From the NCBI RefSeq assembly GCF_009914755.1, contig NC_060926.1: a stretch of DNA of 64,000 nucleotides; one strand, given 5' to 3'. The notes under the pieces are model-generated. The model saw only the letters and a program-made list of their open reading frames with translations, was not told the DNA's origin and made no database searches. The DNA is from the human T2T-CHM13v2.0 reference genome, Homo sapiens. Below are positions 1-14,661 of the stretch, one piece after another. Positions within the stretch are counted from its first letter, which is position 1. Each line of letters starts with the position of its first letter. The position numbers and the translations under genes were made by a program.

Positions 1-329
1 ATGAAAATTAACATGAGAACCACCAGAACTTTTGAAACACAACTACAAGTGAATTTTATAATGTTTTAGGTTTAAATATCATTAACTCAAGGACAATTTT
101 AAGAAATTTTTCCATGTATGCAGCTGAGTCATGTAAACAAGTAGAGCTTACGAACACGAAAAATTCTCCTCCTACTGTTCACACTTTATAGGCAACATTA
201 ATTTTATAGGTCATTTCTCCTGCCCAGGATGCCAGACATAGAAAGGAAATTGACTGAAAATCTCACCAAAACTGAATATAATAAAATAGTCAATAAACTA
301 TCAAGAAAATAGCACCTTCAGCAAAAATA

Positions 330-835
330 CATCAGGAACACACCTTGAAGTTAACAAGTATTACCTGTTGCAGCGAGGGACAATATATAACATGGGGAAG
401 ATGCGTTTCTCAGTAAAAGTTATTAGAGTAAAACTTCCATAGTATTTGCACTTTGGTTAGGTAATTTATGAGAGTGCCTAAGGAAGCAGGGATTTGCTCT
501 AAATTCAATGCTGGCATTAATTAGGGGCAATTCTATCATTCAGTATCTCAATGAATCTTACCTATAAGGAAGAAAGCCTGGAATGAAGATTAAACTGTAT
601 TTGTTGCAGAATTCACAATCACTCATTTTAGCCAAGAGAGGAGACTTTTTGAAATAGCTTTGTTTTTTTCTCTATTTATAAAAGTTTCAGAATATCCTTA
701 TCCAATCTTAGTATTCTGCAAGATGGTTTATGTCCAACTGGGGAACAAAATGGTCAGCTTGTAATGAGTAATACTGACATTTAGGTGGAAGCATCAGATC
801 AGTTTCAGATAACAGAGGCTACTGTTATCTTTCTT
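330..835. mobile_element. Old ERV LTR-like relic (subfamily uncertain)
   Basis: Segments such as gaagcagggatttgctct...caatcactcattttagccaagagagg...ggtttatgtccaactggggaaca resemble old ERV1-class LTR consensus from memory; highly diverged. Confidence 0.35.
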
Positions 836-1579
836 ATTAAGAGTAAGTCTTCAATTTCTTAAGACTATGCTGTGAGAACAACTAAGAAGGGTCGTGTCAC
901 CTGCCTCCACAAGTTGTCACTGTGGTTGCTGTCAGCCAGACTCAAGTCACAGCAACAGGCGATGTTATCACTTGGATTTCCATCACTTTATTTATTGCAG
1001 TGGGTTATTGTTTGTTTTCTCTTCATTGGCAATTATTTTTCCTTTAGAAGAGTAATTTTGCACCTTCCCACTTTACATGGAATACACTTTGAATGTTAAA
1101 TACTTAGAAAATATAAGGAATGAGTAATAAAAACCACTTCTAATTCCACCATGTAGATTTGTTAATATTTTGACTTGCATGTTCCCAGTGCCCATGCATA
1201 CATACACACACACCCCTCCATGCATTTATATACCTCTATAGGTAAAAAATTTGACCAAATAAATGCTCTTATATACCTCAAAAAGGTCTAACAACTGAAA
1301 TTGTGAAATATTTGACTAGTGACTAAAAAATTAGTGGTGCCCCAACTGCAGAAATTTTAAGCTTGGTTTGAAAAGGGATGCTGTAGAAAAATAATTCCTG
1401 CTCATGATGGGCTTGTAGACTGGTTTCATTCTTCCATGTATGTGAGAGTATGACTGTATACAAATTTTCATCAATGTATAACCTATAAAGGTGAAAGCAC
1501 GTTAACCAAGTAAACACACCCATATAATTACCATTTAAATAAAGACATAATGCAGTATGAGCCCCAGGAGTACTCTTTT

Positions 1580-1765
1580 CTTAAATTTTTAAATTTTAAA
1601 TTTTACATTTTTGTGGGTACACAGTAGGTGTATATATTAATGGGGTACATGAGATACTTTGATACAGGCATGCAATGCATAATAATCACATCATGGTAAA
1701 TGGAGTATCCATCCTCTCAAGCATTTATTATTTTTGTTAGAAATAATCCAATTATGCTCTGATTT
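1580..1765 (-). mobile_element. L1MA-type LINE-1 3' end fragment
   Basis: T-rich tail followed by tttgtgggtacacagtaggtgtatatatt...ggggtacatgagata...gatacaggcatgcaatgcataataatcacatc, the reverse complement of an L1MA 3' UTR. Confidence 0.8.
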
Positions 1766-1796
1766 TTGGTTCTTATGATGATGCTTTTTTGTATGT

Positions 1797-4112
1797 TGTA
1801 TTAGTCCATTTTCACACTGCTGATGAAGACATACCCAAGACTGGGTAATTTACGAAAGAAAGAGGTTTAATCGGACTTACAGTTCCACATGGCTGGGGAG
1901 GCCTCACAATCATGGCGGAAGGCAAGTAAGTCACATTATACATGGATGGTGGCAGGCAAATAAAAGAGAGCTTGTGTAGAGAAACTCCCATTCTTAATAC
2001 CATCAGATCTCATGAGACCTGTTCACTATCATGAGAACAGCACGAGAAGAACCTGACCTCATGATTCGATCATCTCCCATGGGGTCCCTCCCATAACACA
2101 TGAGAATTAGGGGAGCTATAAGATGAGATTTGGGTGTGGACACAGCACCAAACTGTAAGATTCTTCCCCTGTCAAATCTCATATCTTCACATTTCAAATC
2201 CAGTCATGTCTTCCCAGCAGTCCCCCAAAGTCTAAACTCATTTCAGCATTAACTCAAAAGTCCACAGTCCAAAGTCTCATCCAAGACAAGGCAAGTCCCT
2301 TCTGCCTATGAGCCTGTAAACAAATCAAAAGCAAGTTAGTTACTTCCTAGATACATTGGGGGTACAGGCATTGGGTAAATACAGACATTCCAAATGGGAG
2401 AAATTTGCCCAAACAAAGGGGCTACAGGCCCCATGCAAGTCCGAAATCCAGCAGGGCAGTCAAGACTTAAAGATCCAAAATGATGTTCTTTGACTCCATG
2501 TCTCATATCAAGGTCACGCTGATATAAGAGGTGGGTTCCCATTATCTTGGGCAACTCTGATGCTGTGGCTTTGCAGGGTACAGCCACTGTCCCAGCTGCC
2601 TTCATCAGCTGGCATTGAGTGTCTGCAGCTTTTCCAGGGGGACAATGCAAGCTGTCAGTGGATCTACCATTCTGGGGTCTGAAGGACTGTGGTCCTCTTC
2701 TCATAGCTCCAGTAGGCAATGGCCCAGTAGGGGCTCTGTGTGGGGGCTCCCACCTCATATTTCCGTTCTGCACTGCCCTGGCAGAAGTTCTCCATGAGAA
2801 TCCCACCCTTACAGCAAAATTCTGCCTAGGCATCCAGGTGTTTCCATACATCTTCTGAAATCTAGGTGGAGGTTCCCAAACTTCAGTTCTTGACTTCTGC
2901 ATACTCTCAGGCTCAACACCATGTGGAAGCTGCCAAGGCTTGGGTCTTGCACCTTCTGAAGCCATGGCCTGAGCTCTATGTTAGCGCCTTTCATCCATGG
3001 CTGGAGTGACTGGGACACAGGACACCAAGTCCCTAGGCGGCACACAGCTTGGGCACCCTGGGCCTGGCCAACAAAACCACTTTTTCCTCCTAGGCCTCCA
3101 GGCCTGTGATGGGAGGGACTGCCAGGAAGATCTCTGACATGCTCTGGAGACATTTTCCCCATTGTCTTGGGGATTAACATTCAGCTCCTCATTACTTATG
3201 AAAATTTCTGCAGCTGGCTTGAATTTCTCCTCAGAAAATGGAATTGTTTTCTTCCATTGCATTGTCAGGCTGCAAATTTTCCAAAGTTTTATGCACTGTT
3301 TCCCTTTTAAAAATGAATGCCTTTAACAGCACCCAAGTTACCTCTTGCATACTTTGCTGCTTAGAGATTTCTTATGCCAGATACCCTAAATTATCTCTCT
3401 GAAGTTCAAAGTTTCACAAATCTCTAGGGCAGGGGCAAAATGCTGCCAGTCTCTTTGCTAAAACATAACAAGAGTCACCTTTGTTCCAGTTCCCAAAAAG
3501 TTCCTCATTTCCATCTGGGAACACCTCAGCCTGGACTGTATTGTCCATATCACTGTAAGTATTTTGGGCAAAGTCATTCAACAAGTCTCTAGGAAGTTCC
3601 AAACTTTACCACAATTTCTTGTCTTCTGAGCCCTCCAAACTGTTCCAACAGTTTGGGTAACAGCCTGTTACCCAGTTCCAAAGTTGCTTCCACATTTTCG
3701 GGTATCTTTTCAGCAGCGCCCCACTCTGCTGGTACCAATTTACTGTATTAGTCCGTTTTCACACTGCTGATAAAGACATACCCGAGACTTGGCAATTTAC
3801 AAAAGGAAGAGGTTTAATTGGGCTTACAGTTCCATGTGGCTGCAGAGGGCTCACAATCACGGTGGGAGGCAAGGAGGACCAAGTCACATCTTATGTGGAT
3901 GGTGGCAGGCAATCAAAAGAGAGCTTATGCAGAGAAACTCCCATTTTTAAAACCATCAGATCTTGTGAAACCCATTCACTATCACAAGAACAGCACGGGA
4001 AAGACCCACCCCCATGATTCAGTCATCTCCCACCAGGTCCCTCCCACAACACATGGGAATTATGGGAGCTACAAGATGAGATTTGGATGAAGATACAGAG
4101 CCCAACGTGTCA
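1797..4112 (-). mobile_element. Full-length THE1 (THE1B-like) MaLR element: LTR-internal-LTR
   Basis: Two ~360-bp direct LTRs (1797-~2160, 3744-4112) starting tgtattagtcc(a/g)ttttcacactgctgat, flanking a ~1.6-kb THE1 internal region. TSD tatgt (1792-1796) vs tatga (4113-4117); a perfect tatgt lies at 4472-4476. Confidence 0.95.
2336..3602 (-). pseudogene. Disrupted THE1-internal ORF (MaLR gag-derived) remnants
   Basis: Fragmented ORFs 3414-3602, 2981-3262 and 2336-2965 (MELPRDLLND..., KPAAEIFISNEELNVNPQDNGENVSRACQR..., EVWEPPPRFQKMYGNTWMPRQ...) are typical THE1/MST internal translation, broken by stops/frameshifts. Confidence 0.8.
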
Positions 4113-4470
4113 TATGATAATATAAAAAAAAATTATATATATTAACATAATATATAATATAATATATTTGGATATATATATTTGGTTATCCAAATATATA
4201 TAATATACATATCCAAATATATATAATATATTATATATTAATATATAACATAATATAATATATATCCAAATATATATATCCAAATATATATAATATATTT
4301 GGATGAAGATACAGAGCCCAACATGTCATATAATATAAAAAATATATATAATATATAATATATATTATATATTATATAAATATATATTAATATAATATAC
4401 TACATATAATATACAATATATAATATATATTTTATATAATATATAATATGTATATATAATATAAAATATC
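4113..4470. repeat. AT-rich low-complexity, partly palindromic patch
   Basis: Nearly pure A/T with recurring atttgga/tccaaat units in both orientations and an embedded second copy of the THE1 LTR end. Confidence 0.9.
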
Positions 4471-4732
4471 ATATGTACTTAGTTGTTTAAATTTGGTTTT
4501 TGTTTTTTATTTGTTGGAAAGTGTCTTTTGATCTGTTAAAGAAATATTTGCCTAATCTGAGGATAGGAAGTTAATGGGTGACACTATTTTTAGAAGGTAT
4601 ATTGCCTATCATCTATTAATGTAAAAGCCACTGGAATTTATTTGGGATTATTTCCATTTTGGATATTTTCATTTTAGATAGATGTCAAGACTCATAATTT
4701 TACCTAGTTATCCAGTTAAGATAGAAATATTT

Positions 4733-4817
4733 ATTGATCATTACTCATTGTATGCATGCATTAAAATATCACATGTACCTTATAAATATTTACAAACACT
4801 ATGAATCAATAAATAAA
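4733..4817 (+). mobile_element. Short L1M 3' terminal fragment
   Basis: ttgatcattactcattgtatgcatg...aatatcacatgtacc...ataaatat...aatcaataaataaa, typical L1MA 3' end. Confidence 0.65.
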
Positions 4818-4938
4818 CTGGTTCCTAGTCCCCATTTGGGACAACAGAATTTCAGAATTTTTGAGACATGTGACCTATGCAATGGGATTTTTCAACTCTC
4901 CCATGATATTCTAATATCCAGCCAGGGCTGAAAACTAG
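4818..4938. mobile_element. MER5-like hAT DNA transposon fragment
   Basis: tcagaatttttgag...ttttcaactctcccatgatattctaatatccagccagggctgaaaact resembles the MER5A terminal half. Confidence 0.5.
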
Positions 4939-4939
4939 C

Positions 4940-5070
4940 CTGCATGTAAGCTTCATGAAAGAAGATACTTTTGTCTATTTCTGTGTTGTTCACAGATGTA
5001 TATCCAAATGCCTAAAACAGTCCCTAACACCCCGTCAATGCTTAATAAACATTCGTGGAATGAAATTGAA
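4940..5070 (+). mobile_element. L2 3' end
   Basis: atgtaagcttcatgaaagaaga...ttgttcacagatgtatatccaaatgcctaaaacagt...cttaataaacattcgtggaatgaa, the canonical L2 3' tail. Confidence 0.75.
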
Positions 5071-5074
5071 AAGT

Positions 5075-7180
<2,106 letters not shown>

Positions 7181-7499
7181 AGCAGAAATCTTTTTAATTT
7201 CTTTTTATTTTTGTCCTTCATAATTTTCAGTTTCAACAGATTGTATAATTGGTAAAATTTTATATGTTCCTCCACTATACTAACAAGAGCAGAAACCAAT
7301 CACTTCTCAGAAATTCCCACAAAAATTTCAATACCTGAAACTGACTTTGCATGCAGTGCTCACTGGGGTCCAGAGTTGTAGAGGTAATGAGGTGATGGGT
7401 GCAAAAGCACCACTTGCTTCCACTTAAATTATTTCCTGTACCCAAGTGCCTGTACTATAAGTCCAAAGATCTATATAAAACAGTGATATCAAAAACAAA

Positions 7500-10130
7500 T
7501 ATTTTCCAGAAAGAATATTTATGAAAATTCTACTAAAAATAGCTCACAACATCAAGAACCAGAAAAAGCACAAACTGAATGAGCAAAGGCAATCAACTAA
7601 TGCCAATACAAAGATATTTTATATGTCAGGATATACGGGGAAGTATTTTAAAACAGTCATCATAAAAATGTTCCAAGAAACAATTTTACATTCGTTTGAA
7701 ACAAAAAAGTAGAAATCTTGGCAAATAAATGTTTTAAGAATAAACCAAATGGAAATTATAACGCTGAAAAATATAATGACCAAAATAAAACTTGATGGGT
7801 GGACCCAATAGTAGACTGGAGATGACAGGGGATAGACTCAGTGGTATTGAGGACAGATTAATAAAATTGACTCAATCAGGAATCTGTGCTACTTTTAAGT
7901 TTGGTAAAAACTTTACAGTAGCAAGAGATAAGTGACACATTGCCAACACGGGAATGCCAATTTGGATTATTACTGATTTCTAATCTGAAATCACAGGAAA
8001 CAGAAGAAAGTGGAACATCTTTCAAGTGCTGAAAGAAAACATCTATTTATTTATCTATAAAATACACATGCACGCTTATATGTGTATTGGAGAGAGATAT
8101 ATATCCAGTATTCATTCTATCAGAGTCCTGGAATAAGAAGAGAAAAACAGTAGGGTAAATAGAATATCCAAATAAATAATAGATGAATCCTTCCCAAAAC
8201 TGGTGAGACAAATGAAAACTATTCAAGCAGCTAAATAATCCCAAATAAGGTAAACCCAAAGAAATCTATATCAATACACAAAATAATGAATCTTCTCAAA
8301 ACTAAAGACAAAGCAAAACAACTTAAAAGTAGCAAGAGATAAATGACACATTGCCAACAGGGGAATGCCAATTTGAATTACAGCAGATTCCGATCTGAAA
8401 TCACAGGAAGCAGAAAAAAGTGGCACATCACTTTTCAAGTGCTGAAAGAAAATAACTATGTATCTATGTATGTATCTGTCAAGATAAAGATACTGTATTA
8501 GTCCATTTTCATACTGCTATGAAGAACTGCCTGAGACTGTGCGATTTATAAAGGAAAGAAGTTTAATTGACTCACAGTTCAGCATGGCTGAGGAGGCCTC
8601 AGGAAACTTACAATAATGGTGGAAGGTGAAGGGGAAGCAAGGCACCTTCTTCACAAGGTGGCAGGAAGGAGAAGTGCCGAGCGAAAGGGAAAGAGTCCCT
8701 TTTAAAACCATCAGATCTCGTGAGAACTCACTATCATGAGAATAGCAGCGGGGGAGACCACCCCCATGGTTCAATTACTTCCACCTGCTCTCTCCCTTGA
8801 CACATGGAGATTATGGGGATTATGGTGATTACAATTCAAAATGAGATTTGGGTTGGGACACAAAACCTAACCATATCAGATATGTCTGGCAAGATAAATA
8901 TACCTATGAATAAATATATTTGATCTTAAATATAAAATGTTTTATCTGGTAAAAATATCTTTTACGAATGAAGGGGAAATAAAAATATTTTCAGATTGAG
9001 GAAACTAAGATAATTTGCCTGTAGCATATCTACCATTAAAGAGTGGTTAAACAAATTTCATCAAACACAAATAAAACGATTTAAAAAAAGAATAGTGGAG
9101 CATCAAAATGAAGAAAAATGATAAGAGCAAAAAGATGGGCACACACAATAGACTATCCTTATCCTCATGAATTTTATACATTATATTTGATGATTGAAAC
9201 AAAAATGATAATACTATCTGATACTCAAGGCAATAATATTTAAAGTAGGGTAGGGTAGAGTGAGCTTAAATGAAATCAAATTTCCAAACTTCACTTGATA
9301 CTACTAGATTATGGTAAGTCACAAGGTATTCTGTGACTAGTGACTACTAATTAAAGTATATTGAAAAACACTATAAATCACTGAAGATAAAATTCTAAAA
9401 AATGTTCACACAATCCACAGAAAAGAAATGAGGAATAGCGGAATAAAAATTAGAAGAAACAAATAAAATACAAATAATAAAATAACAGAATTTGTAATAA
9501 CAAAAACCTGAAAATAACCTAGTTGCCCTTAAATGAATGATATAACCTATGACACATTTATACCATTATGTACTTTTCAGCAACCAAAAATAACCAGTGA
9601 TTAGTACATAGAAGAACTTTGGATGATCTCAAGAGAAAAGTACTGAGTAAAAATGCATCAATCCCAAAAGATTTAACATTGTATATAAATTCATTTACAT
9701 AGAATTATTGAAATGACAAAATTATAGAATAGAAAATGGATTAGTTTTGCCATGGATTAGGACTTGGGAGGGTGGGCAGGGAGATAGGTATGGTAATAAA
9801 AGTGCAACACAATAGATCCTGCGGTTATGGAACTATTCTGTGTGTTGACTGGGTGATGAATACATAAATCTACACGTGATACAATTTCACAGATGTAAAT
9901 ACACACACATACAAATGAATAAAAGTGACCTTAGAAAATCTGAATAAGAGTGGCAGATTGTATCAATATCAATACCTGGTTGTAACATAGTTCTATAGTT
10001 CTGTAAAATGTTACCATTAGAGAAAACTGAGTAAATGGTACACAGCATTTCTCTGTGTTACTTCTTACAACTCCATATGAATGTACAATTATCTCAAAAT
10101 GTACAATTATCTCAAATTAAAAGTTTCTTT
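7500..10130 (+). mobile_element. Old L1 (L1M/L1MC-MD): ORF1-region and 3' UTR remnants, interrupted by an MST LTR
   Basis: A-rich ORF1-like motifs (ttcccaaaactggtgaga, ttcaagtgctgaaagaaaa, aatgaaggggaaataaaaatattttcag) and an L1MC/MD-like 3' end (...caagatgttacc-like, ttatctcaaattaaaagtt). Confidence 0.7.
8494..8878 (-). mobile_element. MSTA-like MaLR solo LTR
   Basis: tgtattagtccattttcatactgctatgaagaactgcctgagactg...gaggcctcaggaaacttacaat...ccatatca; TSD gatac/gatat. Confidence 0.9.
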
Positions 10131-10559
10131 AAATAATGAAAAAAATCAGCAATTCATTTCTATTTTAAAATAATGTTACCTACCTAAGTGATTACTTTGT
10201 TTTTTACCTAGATGGGTATTTTTGCCTTAAATTATTTTTGCCTTTTGTCCAGCAAAGAATTGTGCTATTTTTGTAAGCTCTAAATCAATCATTTAAAACG
10301 GTTATCAAATCAAGCAAAAATATAAACAACAGATTTTCTACACAATAGATCAATGTCACCTTGATCCTCTTATTTGTTTTCATCAAAATAGAGAAAAGTT
10401 GAGTGAAGTGTAAACTTAATGATTACAATGTCCTACATTTGAAGATTCTTGGGCAATAGCTCTAGAAAAGAGGGAAAATTAAGATCTATACTTCTTTTTG
10501 GTAGATCATATTATTATTCAAAATGTCCAGTCTCCCTTTATACATCTTGCTACAGAATA

Positions 10560-10855
10560 AGCATATATTTTAGATCACAGAATTGAGACTTGGTTATCTG
10601 AATTGCTTTGTGAAATAAAATGTGAGTAATAAAGAACCTGTAACATGCGCCACTTAGAAACATTAAGAGCCATCTCATCATCTGGCACATCTCCCTGTTC
10701 CCCCTGCCATCACCCTTAGTTTCAGAGTGAAGAAAATATACAGTTGATCCAAGACAGATCTGCCATAGCAAAGAGAAATAAACATTTTATTGTTAGCTAT
10801 TGGAATTTGAGGACGTTACTTTGTTTTGGACTAATGTAGCCCAAGCGAACTGATA
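10560..10855 (+). mobile_element. Old MLT1-type LTR relic
   Basis: 3' part agagaaataaacattttattgttagctattggaatttgagga...tagcccaagcgaactgata resembles an MLT1 LTR end. Confidence 0.4.
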
Positions 10856-11257
10856 TTCTTTAATTTGAGTGCTATGTCCAAGCACTTATATGGAAACTAA
10901 GGATTGATTCAGGCTCATGAATTCATGCATATACCTGGGGGCCACCTGCTCCACATAAATACCTTTTCCAGGGAACTTGACTCCAGTTTCTATAAACAAA
11001 ATAATTTAAACTACATTTATTATGGAAATAATTATAATGTGTATATTAATGACCACCTTTTTTAATATTGAATATTTCTCACAGTTTTTGATAAGGCACT
11101 GCCAAAAGAAACTTTATTCATTAATATTAACTGAATAAAAATAGTTGTGAGTCTACCTTGGAGTTTTTTTTCTTTCCTGTCTACTGGTTGTCCTTTCTTT
11201 TACTGCCACTATGTTCCATCTCTGACAGCATCTTTATTTCTTCTCTTTGGGCTCTCT

Positions 11258-11311
11258 GTTTTTTTTGTTGTTGTTGTTTTTGTTTGTTGTTGTTGTTGTT
11301 GTTGTTTGTTT
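11258..11311. repeat. (GTT)n microsatellite
   Basis: Direct reading: gttgttgttg...gttgttgttgttgttgttgtttgttt. Confidence 0.9.
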
Positions 11312-11737
11312 CTAACCAACTATGAACTGGGGGACCAAGAAAACATAAAGGCAATGATTGAAGTCAATAATTATTTCATTTGTGAAAACTCTAATTGTTC
11401 ATTTCTCTTATGCTTGGATTCTTGGTTATGGTACAGATTTTGAAATTATTCCAGTTACTTACAACATTATCATATCTGATAGGTATTTGCATGTAAAACA
11501 TTAACATCTTATAAAAACATAAATAAAATAATTTTTGATTTGTATGACTTATTTGAATATTTGCTAAAAGGAAAAAGAAACCCTCTGAATCTGCATGTGC
11601 AATCAAGGGACATATTAAGAAATCTTAGAATTTGAGATCAATTTCTTGAGGAGTAGGACCATTTTTTTCTATTTCCATAGAAAAATTATCATATTTCAGT
11701 ATAAATTATCAGTATTCACCTTACAAATATAATTCAG

Positions 11738-12342
11738 TAAAGGACGCAGGCATACAAGGCGTGAAGTTAAAAGCAGAGGTTTAATAGGCAAAAGAAAGAG
11801 AAAAGCTTTCTCTCCTGCAGAGAAAGCGGGGCTCCCAAGTGGGTCTTCTGGCTACATGGTGAAATGCACGGGGTTTTATACATGAGCATGAGGAGGTGGT
11901 GTCTGATTTACATGGGGGACTAGAGGCTGGTCAGACCAGGTGGGCCATTTGCATAGTATGCAAAGGAGATGGCCACCCCACTCTAATCTTTTATTATGCA
12001 ACTGGGTTCTCTACCTGGCTGGAATCATGTTGTCTATTTTACTGTACCCATGGTTGACAAAGAAAAAGGAAGATGGAACCTCCATGTTGAGTTTGCCTGC
12101 CCCCCCAGGTAGCCTTTTCCTATTGGTACCGCTGCTGGCTTTTCTATGTCTGCAGCTTGATTTTTCAGGCTGCTGTTTGTTAGAAAAGAAATGATTTGGG
12201 GGCTGCTTTTTATTAAAACGGAAACCTTGCCAAGGACTCTTTTATCCTCACTAACTGCCTAAATAATTTCTTTCTAGCTCCAGAATATATTTGTGAGGTG
12301 AATAATTTCTTTCTAGCTACAGATATTTGAGATCTGTATTCA
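11738..12342 (-). mobile_element. ERV1 LTR, LTR9/MER61-like (partial)
   Basis: ccttgccaaggactcttttatcctcactaactgcctaaataatttctttctagctcc is the reverse complement of the LTR9-family start; internal agaggtttaataggcaaaagaaagagaa and gtgtctgatttacat. Confidence 0.75.
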
Positions 12343-13313
12343 TATTTTCTCTATTTTTCAGTTATTTTGGTTCTAATTCATATTTTTTTCTCTCACTCTA
12401 ACACACTTTCTACAATCCCCTGTGTTTACTGTAGCATGTCTTCAATTTATTAATAATACCTTTCTTCAAACTCTGGGGTCCAGTCATTTCTTAGTAACAA
12501 TATTTACTTTGATACATATTTATGTAATGTTAATCTAACAAAGCTAAACAATAAATTTGATAATTAACACTTTCATGAGGACATCAATAAGAGAAGATGG
12601 AATACTGAAAATTAGTTTCCCTCTTGCAAGCTTTGAAAGAATGATGACACTTTCAACTATTTGACAAGGTTTAATTCAATAGCACGTTAATACTTTTTGA
12701 ATCTAAGGTGAAAGGAAAGACCAAAGCATTTGGGTGAGTTTTTAGGAGAAAAAAAGACAAGCACATTGAGTCATGTGTGCAGCAGCATTCTGTAAAGTAT
12801 AAATGTTACACAAAGCTATTATTAGAATCCATAAATATCTTTTGACAAAAACCATAATTTAGTGATGGAAAGGTGAAGGGAATAAAATAGCTAATGTTGC
12901 AAATATTGCTGTATTTTTAAAATGTCTTTATGTATTATCATAAACTCTGATTCGCACATGACGTTTCTCATCCTTCCTCCGTGATTCTCCTGTTCAGAAG
13001 TCACTTTGCAATAATCAAATTACCTAGGATTTTTCCCAAGATCTCATCAACATTTACTCATTTCTAAGTCTATTCCCAGGAAAAGACTAATTAAGAAGCT
13101 CTCAATTTTAGAGATGGACTCAATGTTTTGGGTTGTAAATAATAGAAAAAGATACCTACACTGGGGTAGTTTAATGGAAGAGAGATTTTTGAGATCTGCC
13201 AAAGTGTATCTTTCCTTTCAACTCATTGATTTTTTTTTGATATAGAAAAACAATATTTATTTAGAATTTTAAAAATCACAACAAATAACACATTAAAAAA
13301 CTTAAAAGTACTA

Positions 13314-13661
<348 letters not shown>

Positions 13662-14307
13662 TCACCAAATCTAGAAAAAAACCATTATTTTTAAAATGAA
13701 TTAACTGCCTGATATACCTCTGTGATATGGTTTTCGGATATATTGTAGCTTTATACCCTGACTTCCTCTTCATACGAAAAAGATTTTGTCCCATTATGCC
13801 TTCTACAGTTAATAGCTATTTCAGTCTTTTCACTAGGAAAGTTGATCAAAATTTGTTTTTATTATTGATAGTTTATAAGAATTGCTCTCTAGTCCACAGC
13901 GCATTATTCAGAAAGTCACTTTTTCTGAAATTGTTGTCAAATTTGAAGACATCTGTATCAAATCTTCCTCACATATAAAAGCTAAGATGTGGGAGGATTT
14001 CCCACATTCTGCTTTTATATCCATCCATCTCAAACCCCATTACCATTGAGTGATATAATTTCTTTCGTCTATCTTTGTGTCACAGTACTGAGTGGACCAG
14101 CTGACTGCAAGTCTTTAAGCAACCAAAATAGCTGTCACTATTACAATGGGCTTTAATGCTCAGAAACCACATAACTGTATTCTACTTAACTAACTCAATT
14201 TCTTTTTGTCTAGATCCCTAAAATACCCTCGAATCCTCCAATTCTTCCAGACACGAGGTGAATTACGACAAAGGGGAGGAAGTTGGAATATAAAGCGGCA
14301 GCAGTCT

Positions 14308-14661
14308 TGCCTTAGTTTGGACTGTAGTAACAAAGGATCATAGAATGGGTGCCTTATTAAAAAAAAAAAAAAGAGAGAGATTTATTTTTCACAGTACTGG
14401 AGGTCAGCAGTCCAGGATCAGGGTGCCAATGTTGTCTGGTGTTGGTGAAAACTCTCATCCAGTTTCAGACTACCGTTCTTTCTTTGTATCCTTATCTGGC
14501 AGAAAAATGGTGAGAGAGCTCCTTGGGTTCCCTTATATAAGACTACTCATCTCATTCATAACTTAAGTACCTCCCAAAGGCCTCACGTCCAAATACTATC
14601 AAATTGGGGGTTACGATTTTAACATAAGAATTATGCAAAACCCAAACATTCAGTCCTTGGC
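14308..14661 (-). mobile_element. MLT1A-like MaLR solo LTR
   Basis: atttatttttcacagtactggaggtcagcagtccaggatcagggtgcca...tacctcccaaaggcctcacgtccaaatactatc...aaacattcagtcc. Confidence 0.8.

Noticed and set aside
2336-2965. Longest ORF (209 aa) as a novel gene
   Set aside because: Lies wholly in THE1 internal sequence, is one piece of a broken MaLR ORF, and has a decayed paralog at 58.9-59.9 kb
4113-4470. CRISPR-like or coded repeat array in the AT-rich patches (also 51010-51635)
   Set aside because: No constant repeat with unique spacers, eukaryotic context, no cas genes; low-complexity patchwork
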